64,000 bases of DNA from Neodothiora populina (GCF_041146345.1 NW_027191410.1:992001-1056000); one strand, 5' to 3'; counted from the stretch's first letter, positions 23,613 to 37,170 are shown. The notes: generated from the letters alone by a model not told the origin. A program made the numbers and translations.

Positions 23613-26600
23613 ATGAACCATGGAGCCAGCACAGCAGTAGATTCGAGGATGACCTTTGAGGGGCAACATAGAGGGGGACCGAGGAGCACAAGGAATGCCT
23701 CGGTCGCAATCGACCCGGTTGCACTCGTCGTGACAGAATGCATCACCGTCACTTCTGCCATGCGCAAGCATGCGCGTTGGGCGCACTCGTCTGTGTCTGC
23801 CATTCTGGGAGGAGGCTCGACACGCCATCCTCCCACGGCTGAGCGCGAGTCTTGCCACTCCAGAAGTGGATCTTCTGGCGCATTGGGTCTCGGTGACGAA
23901 GACGGAGGTCTCACTTCGCGTTGGGGGTTGAGGGGCAAGAAGGGGAAGAGCATGCAGGACAACCCGTTGTTGTCGGCCTTTGCTCGTCTGCGCAGTGATC
24001 TCAAGGGCTGCAAGGGTAAGATCAGTCCTTGGTGTTACTCATTCAATGCTGCATTGACACGCTGACCTCTTCTCAAGACATACACAACTTCGACACCCCC
24101 TCGATACTCCAGCCCTTCCTGCAAGTCATTCGCTCATCTTCCACCACTGCCCCTATAACCTCGTTGGCCCTCATCGCCATCACCAAGATGCTGTCCTATG
24201 GCGTCATTGGACCCGACAGTCCCAACTTCGCTTACGGAATGATGCTGTTGTCATCGAGCGTCACCAATTGCCGCTTCGAGGGTGACAACAGCGCCTCGGA
24301 CGATGTCGTCTTCCTGCGTATCTTGAAGTTGATGGAGATCATGATCACTGGTCCTTCAGGACAGGTCCTTGGCGATCAGAGTGTCTGCGGCATGATGGAG
24401 TGTGGTATCAGTATATGCTGCGCCTTGCGCATGAGCGAGGTTCTGCGCCGCTCTGCGGAAATCACCATGGTCACCATGTGCCAGACTATCTTCCAGAGAT
24501 TGACATATCTAGGCTCTGACGCAGAGAGCGTCGTTGACGCGCAAGATAGTGAGGATGCTGTCAAGATCGAGTCGAATGGTGACAATATTGGTGACCAGAT
24601 TGGCACAAAAGCTGACGGGCGAGGTTCCGCCAGCCTCGATGTGCCCCAGGGTATGAACGACGAACGACCATCGAGAGACTTCAACAACAGCAGTCAGGTC
24701 GACTTGACCAAAGTAACCACGACGGAAGACATCCCGGTTATCAAACCCTACTCACTGCCTTCGATACGTGAGTTGTTCCGTACCCTGGCCGATCTGCTAG
24801 ATCCGCATGATAAACAGTACACCGACACCATGAGGGTCATGGCTTTACGTATTGTCAATGTGGCCCTGGAGGTGGCTGGTCCTTCAATCGCATATCACCC
24901 CTCTCTCGCTTCACTCGCCAAAGACACTCTCTGCCGTAACCTTTTCCAGCTGGTCAGATCGGAGAACATTGCTATCCTGCATGAGTCTTTGCGCGTGGCC
25001 GGAACACTGCTCGCTACTTGCCGTAGCGTGCTGAAACTTCAGCAGGAATTGTACTTGTCGTATGTTGTCGCCTGCCTCCATCCCCAGGTACCAATCCCAG
25101 AAGAGCCAAACATCGAGCCTTCTCTCTACGAAGGTGTGCCTCAGGCGCCAAGATTGGTGAAACAATCGCCAAGTGCAAATCAGGGCGGCAGAGCAACACC
25201 TGTGCCCGTGAGAGATCGACAGAGACTGGGCATGGAGGGCGGCTCGCGCAAGCCCGATGCGCGTGAAGCCATGGTGGAGAGCGTAGGCGCACTCGTGCGG
25301 ATACCAAGTTTTATGGTCGAACTCTTTGTCAATTATGACTGCGAGGTCGACCATAGTGATCTCTGCCTGGACATGATTGGCCTGCTATCGAGGAATGCTT
25401 TCCCAGATTCAGCCACCTGGAGCACGACCAACGTTCCCCCACTCTGTCTCGATTCTCTGCTGGGCTACGTGCAATTTATTGCCGATCGTCTGGAAGACGA
25501 AGCTCATGTTGATGCACTGCCCGCTCAGCAAAGCCTACGAGACCAAAGAGCCCGAAAGCAAGTGATTATCAAGGGCACGGCGAAATTCAACGAGAGCCCG
25601 AAATCAGGTCTTGCATTCCTTGCCTCACAAGGTATAATAGAGAATCTGGATGACCCTAGGTCCATTACTGGATTTTTGAAGGGAACATCCCGGATCGATA
25701 AGAAGGTACTGGGAGAATACATCTCTAAAAGGTCGAACGAGGCCATATTGGACGCGTTCATGGATCTCTTTGATTTTACCGGTCAGCGTGTAGACGAAGC
25801 TCTGCGACAGATTCTCAACACATTCAGACTACCGGGCGAGTCACAGCTCATCGAGCGAATTGTGACGGTCTTCGCCGAGAAATACTGTGCCAGTGATATC
25901 CCTGAGGGTATCGCAGACAAGGATTCGGTGTATGTATTGACTTATGCTATAATCATGCTCAACACCGACCAGCACAACCCCAACATGAAGCAGGCAAGGA
26001 TGGCATTTACTGATTTTGCTCGCAACTTGCGGGGCATCAACGGAGGCAAAGACTTTGACCCGGAGTATTTGCAAGACATTTATGACTCTATTCGGACCCA
26101 TGAGATCATCCTCCCCGAGGAGCACGATAACAAGCATGCATTTGATTATGCCTGGAAAGAGCTGCTAGTCAAGTCGCAAACGGCCAAAGATCTCGTGCTT
26201 TGCGACACGAATATATATGATGCTGACATGTTCGCCGCGACCTGGAGACCAGTGGTTGCTACCTTGAACTATGTCTTCATGTCCGCAACCGACGACACGG
26301 TCTTCCAACGTGTCATTGCGGGTTTTGACCAATGCGCCCAGATTGCAGCAAAATACAATCTACACGAATGTTTCGATCATATTATAGCTTCGCTGGCCAA
26401 GATCAGCACACTCGCCACCGAGACCCCTCCAAGCACTGCTCTCAATACAGAGGTGCAGGCAGGTGGCAAGAGCATCATGGTCAGCAAATTTGCGGTCGAA
26501 TTTGGCCGCGAGAACAAGGCCGAGTTGGCTACGTTGGTCCTCTTCCGCATCATCAACGGTCACGAAGCAGCCATTCGCAACGGGTGGAAACACGTAAGTC

Positions 26601-28738
26601 ACACCAGAGTTTTTTTTTAGTTGACCATACTGACATTATGAATGCCAGATCATACGTATTTTCGTGAACTTGTTTGTCAACTCCCTGATACCCGGCACAT
26701 TCTCATCATTACCCACAACCCTGGATCTGCCACCGATACCGCTTCAGAGCCCAGCGCAGGTGATCGAGCGCAACGAAAAGTCTACTGATATTGGCCTCTT
26801 CTCTGCCTTCACGTCTTATGTTTCCAGCGTCATGAACGACGAGCCCCCAGAGCCTAACGATCAGGAGATTGAAGCAACTCTGTGCACTGTGGATTGCATC
26901 AACGCGTGCAGACTGGACGAGATTTTTGCAAATATTGGGTAAGACTGGCAATTTGTCGCGGTCATATACGTTCGGATCAGCTGACTTTTAGTAGGAAAAT
27001 GCCACTGGAATCACTCCAGGCATTCACCACTTCGCTACTCTCGCAGGTTCCCGAAGATGAAGCTTCACCAAGGGTCATTACAGTCAAGTCTCCACTGGCG
27101 GCACCCACACCAGTGCGGCCAAATGGCCAACCTGTACAGCAAACACCTCCACCTTACGACCCGGCTTATGTTTGTATCCTTGAGCTCGCAACACTTCTTG
27201 CTATGCGTGACGATGATACTATTGCAGCACTTGGCAAGGACGTTGCAGACTCGCTGGAGTCCGCGATCCGTGATACAGGTCGACTGCATCCAGTGGCAGT
27301 CAGCCGGACGTCGTACTATCTGTTGAGTCTGCTGAGGGCTAGCGACGAGCTGGACTACGTGCGTACGCCTGTCGTATTGCACGCAATCTCTTCGTTCAGC
27401 CAGGACTTGCTCAGGGAGTGTGCTCCGTCGATACTTCAGGGGTTGTCGGAATGCATCAGAAGCCCGACCAGTCTGCGAAAAGAGATCGCAACGGCACCGG
27501 ATTTCTGGGCAATTCTCTCGTCTCTACATCCATTGCCTGAAGCAGCGCCAGCCGTATTTCAGATACTCGAGGAGGTTGCTTCAGGTTCCTCGGCAGCAAT
27601 AACCGCTGACAACTACGAAGCCGCCATCACGCTGCTGAATGAATTTGCGTCAGCAGCAAGTTCAGAAGTCACTCGCGAGCCGCATCAAGATCCAAATGTC
27701 CGCCGTGGCCGAGCGGCCGCTCCTCCTGCCAAGAAGCCTACGGTGGTGAATGAGACTATCAAGCGCGGCACACGAGCAATCGCGATCGTCCATGAAACGA
27801 CTCACCGCGTGACATCGTTGATCCAGCAGTCGCATCTGGAAACAAATGAAGCATGGCAGGCATACTGGAACCCCATTTTCCGCTGCTTCATCACACAATG
27901 CACGAATCCATGTCGGGAGATCCGGCACCAGGCCTTTACTTCTCTCCAGAGATGTTTGTTGTCCAACGACCTCGCATCACCAGACCATAAAGAGTGGACG
28001 AACATCTTCAGCTCAGTCTTGTTTCCATTGATCCATCGACTCCTAAAACCAGAAGTCTACCAGACCGACCCGAAAGGAATGAGCGAGACAAGAGTGCAAG
28101 CAGCGCAACTCCTCTGCAAAATCTTCCTGCACTACCTCGTCCTGCTCAGCGAGTGGGAAGGCATGCACGACCTCTGGATGGAGATTCTGGACATCATGGA
28201 TCGGCTCATGAACAGCGGACAGGGCGGCGACATGCTCGTCGAAGCCGTGCCGGAGTCGCTGAAGAATATCCTTCTCGTCATGTCCGCAGGAGGTTACTTG
28301 TGTCCACCCACAGCTGCTTCGTCAGCGCACTCGCCGTCGGCTTCGTCCCAGTCGTTGTCGTCGTATAGTACAGATGAGAAGGCAGAACGGGGATCTAGTA
28401 AACGATCAGAGCAGCAGAGGAAGTTGTGGATCGAGACTCGCACGCGGCTCAATCGCTTCTTGCCAGATCTGATGCCCGAGCTGTTTCCGGATGTGCACGT
28501 TTCGGTGTCGCAGCCGCAGACGACGCAACAGATGCCTCTCAGGCAGCAAGAGCAGCAACAACATCCCCCCGCAGAAGAGGAATCCGTTGACGCAGAGCAA
28601 GACAAGTCAGATACAGCAGCAGAGGAGGAAACAACGCAAAGCACAGACGTCACAGCGGAAGAAGAAGAAACCAGTAGGCTTCTACCACGCGCCGACGAAT
28701 GGAAAGAGAAAGAGGCAGAGGCAGAGAAGGAGAGTTGA
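23613..28738 (+). CDS. GEA2: Sec7-domain Arf guanine nucleotide exchange factor, GBF1/Gea family
   Basis: DCB/HUS regions (PFLQVIRS..T.APIT; LFVNYDC), Sec7 motifs FRLPGESQLIERI and YAIIMLNTDQHN, and HDS domains. Four exons. Confidence 0.93.
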
Positions 28739-29265
28739 GCAGGCCAGTGTAAGCTACGTATGTAATTTGAAGTCCACTCTGAAGACGAAGCACAAGAAGG
28801 AGAAATACAAATAGACCTCGAAGGGCAATTGTGTCGCTGTGCAGATACATATCATGCTGCTATGTGCCGTGTTCTATGTTCCAGGTCTCACAGATAGTCG
28901 GAACAGGAAGGGTAGCAGCGACATTTCCAACATTCCATACTTTTGAGCACGTATACACCGTATACCACAACCCAGAGCCCTCGTTGTATATACGTATGGA
29001 TATAAGCTAAGCTACAGTAAGTACTGTATGGTATAGATGTCAGACCCCTGTCTTTTTCTTTCTCTCTGTCAATCTTTCCTTTCCATTTTGTTCCCTCTCG
29101 ATCCAATGCACGCTATACCACGCAAGCCAGCCCCGGTAAACCCAGCCTCCGGCGCAAAAAGGGAACATGAGAAAAAAACCAACGGTAGTCTCTCCTCTCC
29201 ATCTCTCAGGACCCAAGCTCCGCCAAGCAGAAACAAAAGAAACGCAAAAAAAAAGCGAATGCCGC

Positions 29266-32009
29266 TCACAAATCATCCACATCGACATCTATAGCGTCAG
29301 GATTCACCATAGCCCCGTTTCCAGCACTCGCACTTCCATGCCCATTAGCAGAGTGCACGTTCCCGCCCTCTGGTCCTGAAGAGGCAGCCACGAACCCGGC
29401 TGGAGCGCGTGCTTGGCGCTCGAGCGCCGCCATGGCGTCTGTTGTTGCGCGGTCTTCGTCGGCTGCGTCTTCTTCGTCGGCTCCGTTGGAGGCGTGGGGT
29501 TGTTGTTGCTGGGCTTGGCTGCGGGCGATTGCTTGGCTGGCGATGAAGGATACGTCGGTGCTGTAGATGGTGAGGTTAGTGGTGAGACAGAAAGGGGATT
29601 GGGGTGGGGAGATAAGGAATGGGTTGATGGGAAAGGAATGGGGCTAGAAGAGACGAAAAAAACGTACTTGTACTGCGCCTGCACGCTCCGCTTGATGCGC
29701 AACATATCCTTGAACGTATCCTCGTTACCATGCTGCACCTCAAACGACTCCCATTTCGACCAGAATCCCGCGTCGAGTCGGGGGTCTGCAAACTGCGACG
29801 CGTGCCCGTAGATCGCTCTGGCGCGGTCGATTTCCCCGAGTCGTCGCTCCATTTCCGCAAACTTGAGGCACATTTCTTTGGCTTCGCCGTCGGGCAAAGC
29901 GGCGATTGCGCGCTCGTAGATTGACCGCGTGGACGTTAGTCCGAAATTGGATGCGGATTTCGTGATGTAGAAATTGAACATTTCCATCCTGTCCTCGTCG
30001 GAGACGGCGCGCGTGGCTCGCTCGTAGATGCGCATTGCGTGGCGCGCGAGCCCGCGTTCTTCCTCGAGTGCGCCGTACATGAGATACAAGACTTTTGCGA
30101 ATTTCGGGGGGCAGCCTTCGACGGCTTGCTCGAAGAGATCGCGCAGGCGCTCGATGCTGATCTTGCGGTCGACGGCTTTGGTGAGGTAGAGGTTCCAGAG
30201 CTCGAAGGCTACGGGATACGAAAAGAGGTCGAGGCCGCGTTCGTAGACCTTGAAGGATTCTTCGTAGTATTTGTTTTCTTCGAGCATGTTCGCGTAGTTG
30301 ACGACGGTCTGAGGAGTGGCGATTCGGAGCTCGAAGATGCGCTCGTATACTTTTTTGGTCTCGTCGAGCGTGCTTACCGATTCGACGAGATCGACGTAGA
30401 AGGACCACAGCTTCCAGCTCTTGTGCACTCGTTGCTGTGGACTCAGCGTGTCGTCGAAGTAGTCTACTGTGCTTCTCTTGGGTGCCTGAGTGGCCTTTGC
30501 CATGATGTCGACTGCTCTGTCAAAGTTCTCGTTGCGCAGCTCCATTTCTGCCCACTCGCACCACATCTCGGCGAGCTCGTTGACTGACTTGAATGGAACC
30601 TTGACTGCCTTTTCCATGATTATACGGGCGTTGCGCACGTCGCCTCGCTCTTCGTAGAATTTGGCGTAGTTCGTCCACAAAGTATGGAAGCGGCCGATGG
30701 CTTTCTTCGGATGTATGGCTGCAATTGCGTCCGTGTATGTCTGCACGACCTGCTGGCTAGTGTCGCCCCAGAGAGCGACTCGCTTCTCCCATTCGGCGAC
30801 GCTGTTGGGGTTCTGCCGTAAAAGAACGTCGTTGACCAAAAAGGGCCGTCGGTCCATGAGCTGTTCGAAGCGCATCATGCGAATGTCGAGATCCAAGTCT
30901 GCGTCCTCGTCGACCTTGGCCTTGTCGGAGCGCGCAGCGGCTTCGTCCATCTTGATGCCAATCAAGGCCTCTTCGGCCTCGGCGTAGGTGTCGAAGACGA
31001 TGGAAAAGTCGCGCACGGTCATGACTGTGGTGATGCCCTCCTCGAAAGTGTCTCTTGCTCGTTCGTAGTCGCCCTTGTTGATCCAGTATCTCGCCAGACC
31101 GACCCACAGTATGCCTTTCTGGTCAGGGAAACGGGTGATTCCACTGCGCACGATGCGCTCGACGTCGATGCCGCTGTCCTGGCCGGTCTCGACCTCTCGC
31201 GCGTGGTCGATGATCAGTTCCAGCATCTCGGTCCAGAACTGGAAGGGACCTTTTGCCTCTTTACTCCGGAAGCGTGGGTTGTTTAACATGTCCATGTACT
31301 TTTTCACCGCCTCGGTGTATCGCTTTTGCTCGACCAGAATCTCAATGAAATCCTCGATATCTTCCGGGTGGATCTGCATGTATCGCGTCCAGATCTTGAC
31401 AGCCGTGTCACCAGAGGCAGAAGTGGCGAATGGTCGGTAGAGTGCCCATATGCGGTTATGTTGTGTTATGGGCAGAGCCCGGAGAGCGCGATCAAAGGTG
31501 CGACGAGTCAGTGTAACAAGCGGTTGCTTGCACAGGAAAGCCAGATACATGTCCCATATGCGCGGCATCTTGTTCAGCAAGACCAGCGCCTTCTCAAACA
31601 AAGAGTTGACCTTGACGTAGTCGGCGCGGTATCTGGCAGGGTTCTTGTTCCGTAAGTGCTTGACTCTTATCTCGAGATACAACTTCCACAGCTTGTAACT
31701 CCTGGGCAGCGTGTTGCAGGCGCGTTCCAACACAAAACACTGCTCGAGGAGCGAACCATACTGGCGCTTGTAGTTGGCGTAGTCCAGCCACGGCCTGATG
31801 CTGCCCGGGTTCCGTAGGATGTCCGTTTCGTAGATGACATCGTTGTCCGTGATGAGGTAGAGGTGTGAAGACATGGTCGGGGAGAGCTCGGCGACCTGGA
31901 CAGTCGTCATGGCTTTCGCAATGGTGCTGTCGTCGTTCCTGTCTTTGCCTTTGCCGACGGACAGGACAAAGGACGGAGTGGTGAGGTTGCGCAGGAGCTC
32001 GCCAGGCAT
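29266..32009 (-). CDS. SYF1: Pre-mRNA splicing factor Syf1 (HAT repeats, NTC component)
   Basis: YETDILRNP, ERA...LPRSYKLW, LLRQNPNSV.EW, HGNEDTFKDMLRIKRSVQAQY|NTDVSFIASQA. One intron near 29563-29666. Ends NPDAIDVDVDDL*. Start at 32009 or 31910. Confidence 0.96.
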
Positions 32010-32506
32010 CACTACCCGGATGGTAGTATGGCCTTAGGGCGGCAGCACTTCTTTTCGTTTCTGACAACGACGACTCCGATTCCGATGCGGTGGTTAGCAC
32101 TTCACAGAGGGGGCCTGGCGGTGTAGTTTAGTTGGATTGGGTCGAGGAAAAGGAACAGACGCGCTGCCAATTGATTTCCCTTCCCGACTGTCTCTCACGC
32201 TCTGTCTCCGAGCTTTGGATGGAGGAGGCGGTCGGTATCCCGTGATGTGCCAAGCCCGACAGCTTGACTCCGCTCCGCTCCACTCCACTCCACTCCACTC
32301 CACCTTTATCCCTCCTGGTTCCGCTCCGCTGGATTGTGAGACGGACGTTACTGCTTCGACGCTGCTGTGCTGCATCTGGATTGTTAGGTATACAAGTGCT
32401 GTAGCTTTTACAGACATCCTAGTTACGCGCGCTCTCCCACATTTTACCCACGACTAGGGTCCCTCGTAAAGAAACAAAGTGACTATACAGCGCCGCTTCT
32501 TTCATA

Positions 32507-33489
32507 ATGTCGGGCGCAGGTGTATGTGAAGTGCTCGTACTCATCCACGACTAGCTATAACTCACCATGAACACAGAACAGGGAAGCCGTCTTCCCGACC
32601 CGTCAGTCACTGGGAGCCATGAAGAGCAAGCTCAAGGGTGCCCAGACCGGCCACGATCTCCTGAAGCGCAAGAGTGAAGCTCTGACAAAGTATGTCACGA
32701 CCATCCATCCACAATACTCTCCGTAGTCTGACATGCAATTCCCTCCTCCTCCTCCACAGACGTTTCCGAGACATCACCAAACGCATCGACGAAGCAAAGC
32801 GCAAGATGGGCCGCGTCATGCAGATCGCCGCCTTCTCCCTGGCCGAAGTGAGCTACGCAATCGGCGGCGCAGGAATCGGCTACCAGATCCAGGAATCCGT
32901 GCGCTCTGCAAAGTTCCGCGTGCGGACGAAGCAGGAGAACGTGTCCGGTGTCTTCTTGCCGCAGTTCGAGTCCTTCCAGGCCGAGGGCGCCAGTGATTTT
33001 GGTTTGACGGGTCTGGGTAAGGGTGGTCAGCAGGTCCAGAGGTGTAGGGAGACGTACACGAGGGCGGTCGAGACCTTGGTCGAGCTTGCCTCTCTGCAGA
33101 CTGCCTTTGTCATTCTCGATGAGGTGATCAAGGTCGTCAATCGCAGAGTCAACGCCATGTATGTGTCTTTATATACCATTCCCCACGATACATACACACT
33201 AACCCTGAATCGCAGCGAGCACGTCATCATCCCACGCACAGAAAACACCATCAAGTACATCAACTCGGAACTCGACGAACTGGACAGAGAGGAATTCTAC
33301 AGACTCAAAAAGGTCTCGGGCAAGAAGGAGAGAGACGCCGAGGAGGAAGAGGCAGAGCTCAAGAAACAGAGACAGAAAGCCGAATCCTCGGATTCGCCTG
33401 CTGCTGTATCAAAGCCGGACGAGGAGGCCGAGAACCACGTCCCCAAAGATGTCTTGGGAGAAGGGGAGGAAGAGGATATCATCTTTTGA
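32507..33489 (+). CDS. VMA8: V-type proton ATPase subunit D
   Basis: MSGAG|NREAVFPTRQSLG, GHDLLKRKSEALT, ENVSGVFLPQF, LASLQTAF, NRRVNAIEHVIIP, LDELDREEFYRLKK. Three introns. Confidence 0.97.
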
Positions 33490-33723
33490 TCTGTGTAATT
33501 TGAGCGTGCTCACTTGGTTTACTTTTTGCTACTGCTTGCTACTACCCTTGAGATATATCCTGTTCCCAATACTCACACCCCCCAAAGTACATCTTCATCA
33601 TGCCTATCACGCATGATACACCACTTGTATATGCAGCGCGCAACTCACGAAATGCCATAGACACTTCTTTCTCATGCATAATTTACATATCAAACTACCA
33701 AGTATGCACAAAGACCTGAACAA

Positions 33724-34750
33724 TTATTGCCTCTGGAACGTGACTCTGATGGAGCTGTCGCCTAACGTCATACCAGCAGTCGCCTCCTTTGCACTGATTG
33801 CGCCATCTTCTCCCTCCTGTCCAAACAGTCAGCAATGTGTCACGGACCAACCGACGTTCATAAACTTACATATTCGACGAATGCGATACCCTTGCGTCCA
33901 GGCACGGTACGAACTTCCTTGAACCCGGCGAAGCGCGAGAAAATCGCCGTGAGCGCGCTGACATCGTAGTCCTCGGGAACCTGGCGGATGAACAGAATCT
34001 TGTTCGGCGGCAGGTACTCGTCTGGCACAACTCCAGCGCCAGGGCCAGAAGCTCCCTTGAGACCTGCTCCACGCGCTGCTTTTGGTGCTGAAGGTCTGCC
34101 GGCTTCCACTTCTGGTGCGCCAGGGGCGGGACGCTTGAGGTTCTTTGCTGCTTCGGCTGCTTCCATGGCTTGCTTGCGCTCTGTCGTCCCACGCCGTCAG
34201 TTTTTCTTTCGTGGCGATCTTTTCCTTGTGAAGTATGCGCCTACCTTTCTCCGCCTTGCGATGGCGCTTATGCTGCTCCAGATCGTCTTCGGTACCCTCT
34301 CTTGTCACTGTGGCATCGCTCTTGGTCTTTGCAAAGTCCAGCGACATGGACTTGCCGAACAACTCGAACCCATTTACTTCATCGATGGCGTTCTCTGCAC
34401 TCTCCACCGAGTCAAAGACGATAAAGGCCTGTCCACGACGCTTGAGACTGCGCTTCGCGACAATGTCGACGATGTTGCCGTATTCGCTGAAGATTTCACG
34501 CAGAGCTTCGATCAGTGCTGGGATCTTGACGCTTTCTTCGAGGTTCCTGGCCTGTGTGATGGACAACCATCCGTGTTAGTCTTCTCCGCTAGCTTTTGTG
34601 CTATTATTGCCGAAGCTAATGGACGTTTCCTCACGTATACACTGTTCATATATATCTAGTTAGTGAATCAGGCACTCTTCCGCTCTGTTCGTACGATGTG
34701 CAATGTACGAACGTTGCGTTTGGCGCCGTGCCTTCATTGGCGCTCGCCAT
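33724..34750 (-). CDS. MUD1: U1 snRNP protein A (two RRMs; U1A/Mud1/Usp102 type)
   Basis: Exon 1 MASANEGTAPNAT, a 7-nt microexon, RRM1 (TVYARNLEE...IFSEYGNIVDIVAKRSLKRRGQAFIVF...FAKTKSD) and RRM2 (PPNKILFIRQVP...FKEVRTVPGRKGIAFVEY...IRVTFQRQ*). Two RRMs favour U1A over the fungal single-RRM U2B''. Confidence 0.88.
34687..34712 (-). promoter_or_regulatory. Candidate U1A-binding RNA hairpin (U1 stem-loop II mimic) overlapping the 5' splice site of U1A intron 1
   Basis: Minus strand GTTCGTAC-ATTGCACATC-GTACGAAC: perfect 8-bp stem, 10-nt loop starting AUUGCAC, C-G closing pair. The first 6 nt are the splice donor. Confidence 0.75.
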
Positions 34751-35346
34751 GACTTATTCTCTGTTGCTGATACTGCTTTTGAAGCACGCGTTGACTTCTA
34801 CAAGATGCTGGATAGCTGTGTGATTATAGACACGACAAGATAGTGATGGCTTTAGCAAACGTGAGGAGCAAACGTGTAGCAAAGGTGAGGAGAGACATCT
34901 GCACGTTTGCGCCCGGGAGAAGCTACAGTACAGCGCTACTCCACATCGGGGCAGTTGCGAAGATCATCCGCACAAGGCTGTCCTGCATAATCGCAGACCA
35001 AAACCTGTCTATTATGTAACATTACCTTACCTACTGCTGCCATCCTCCTTTATCCTTACTCGGAAACTTTATCCTCTTGCCTTCTTGTGTGCTGTTGACA
35101 TGTAGTATACTAGCCTGACCAATGTCTTACCAGATGGTAGGAACATTATCCGAGCCACAAAGTAATGGCGGCGAATCGGGATAACATCACTTACTCGCTC
35201 AAGATGTAAGAGGAAGATTCGAGTACGTAACCAGCTCTTCGAGAGTCCGGGTATCACTGGATAGATTGTGGGACCTCCTATAACCTCCGATATGATCCTC
35301 GCTTTCTTCACAATTTATTCTTTTGTCGTTGCCATCCAGTAGAAAA

Positions 35347-37043
35347 ATGCCTTCTCGTCTCTGGAAAAGGCTCGCCGTTACCCTGCACCTGTCGACAGAC
35401 TACTCCGAGAAACCCGCAGGCTTGAAATGGCGGTCCAGCACTTTTTTCATCGTCGCTACAGTCGCTATTGGATTGTTCGCTGATATGTTCATGTACGGAT
35501 TGATTGGTCAGAACAGTCCTCATGCCCCTCATCGACGAGGTTTCTGACCCCAATGTAGTCCCTATCCTGCCGTTCATGCTCGAAGATCGAGTGCATCTCC
35601 CTAAAGATCAAGTGCAAAGTGCCGTTGCAGGTCTTTTGGCTTCTTACGCTGGCGCGTCTGTCCTGTTCTGTCCCATTGCCGGTTTTGTTGCAGACAAGAC
35701 TTCTACCCGTCAATTGCCATTTCTATTGGGATTGACGGCCTTGCTGGGCGCGACTTTTTTGTTGTTCATCGGCACTGATCTGCCCGTGCTATTTATTGCC
35801 AGAATCCTTCAAGGTATGTAGAACGAAATCATGTGCCATGCTCATCATACTACGGGTTGCTGTAAATGCCTGGAGATGCCATTGATCCCGATAATTTGCA
35901 CGGCAGCTGTAACACCGCATATCGTTTCTAGCCAACCGGACGCGGCTCACTTTTTACTTAGGTATCAGCGCAGCAGTGGTATGGACGATAGGTCTTGCCC
36001 TTTGTGTAGAGACAGTAGGCCCACAAAACCTGGGAACAACGATAGGGTCCATCTTCAGCTTCACCAGCGTAGGCAACCTTTCCGCTCCTTTGCTCGGTGG
36101 CATACTGTACGAAAAGGTCAGCTATGCAGGCGTCTTCATCCTCGCTTTCGCTATCTTGGCCGTCGATTTCTTGATGCGACTTCTTGTCATTGAGAAGAAA
36201 ACAGCACAACGATACTACGATGAGGACTCCGATGATACCTCCAGCGACACGAACACAACCTCGAGTTCGAACATCGATAATGACCACGAGGGGAACAACG
36301 ATGGTGGCAGCAATAACGAAGAGCAGCCTCTGTTAGGCAATAGCGAGGATCTATCGCGCTACAAGTTCACAACCACACCATCCGCCCTTGCCCACAAGAT
36401 TCCCATTCTACCTTGTCTCAAAGACCCAGGACTCTTGACCGCATTTGTGTTAGTCTTCGTGTATGCCATCCTACTGGGAAGCTTCGACGCCACAGTCCCA
36501 ACAGTGGCACAAGAGTACTTCGGATTCGACTCCATGAAGGCGGGTCTCTTGTTTCTCCCTCTGGGTATATTCGATCTCCTGCTCGGTCCTCTAGCCGGCT
36601 GGGCAGTCGACCGGCTCGGCACAAAGTCCGTATCTGTCGCAGGATATGCCTATCTCGTGCCCGTCCTGGTTCTTCTGCGCCTTCCTCATGCAGGCGGGAA
36701 TCCGCAGATCATCTTATACAATTGTTTGCTCGCACTCTGCGGAGTGGGACTTGCGATCATAGGAGCTCCTTCATACGTCGAAGCAGGCACAATTGTCCAG
36801 AAATACTTCGACGCGAACCCTGAATTCTTCGGCGAGGGAGGCGGCCCCTATGCCCAGCTGTACGGATTGAGCAACATGGTGTTCAGTGCCGGTCTTGCTG
36901 TTGGTCCCGAGCTGGCGAGTGAGCTGAAGCAAGCCATTGGCTATGGCAACGCTAATTTGGTTCTCGCAATCATCTGTTTCGTCACCGCGGTGATGTCCTT
37001 TTTTTTCATCGGAGACAGGCCCAAGTTTCTCCGCAGAGCCTAG
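35347..37043 (+). CDS. MFS transporter (vesicular amine transporter-like)
   Basis: WRSSTFFIVATVAIGLF.D.F.YGLI|VPILPFML, ARILQG|ISAAVVWTIGLAL, G.AVDRLG motif, AQLYGL. Multiple hydrophobic segments; two introns. Confidence 0.85.
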
Positions 37044-37170
37044 AACTCCTTGCTAAAGCGCTGGTTTGTCTTGATAGGTGGGAGATCGTAAAATAGAGAC
37101 AAGAAAATTGACCCTAGACCACCAGGCAGTCACATGTAAAATGATATAGAGGAAGGAATACACGTCCATT

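Noticed and set aside
29266..29670. Apparent aberrant C-terminus of the 902-aa SYF1 ORF
   Set aside because: Read-through of the final intron; splicing restores the normal NTDVSFIASQA...DVDDL end.
33490..33723. Vertebrate-type U1A polyadenylation-inhibition element in the U1A 3'UTR
   Set aside because: No AUUGCAC or close variant found on the minus strand there.
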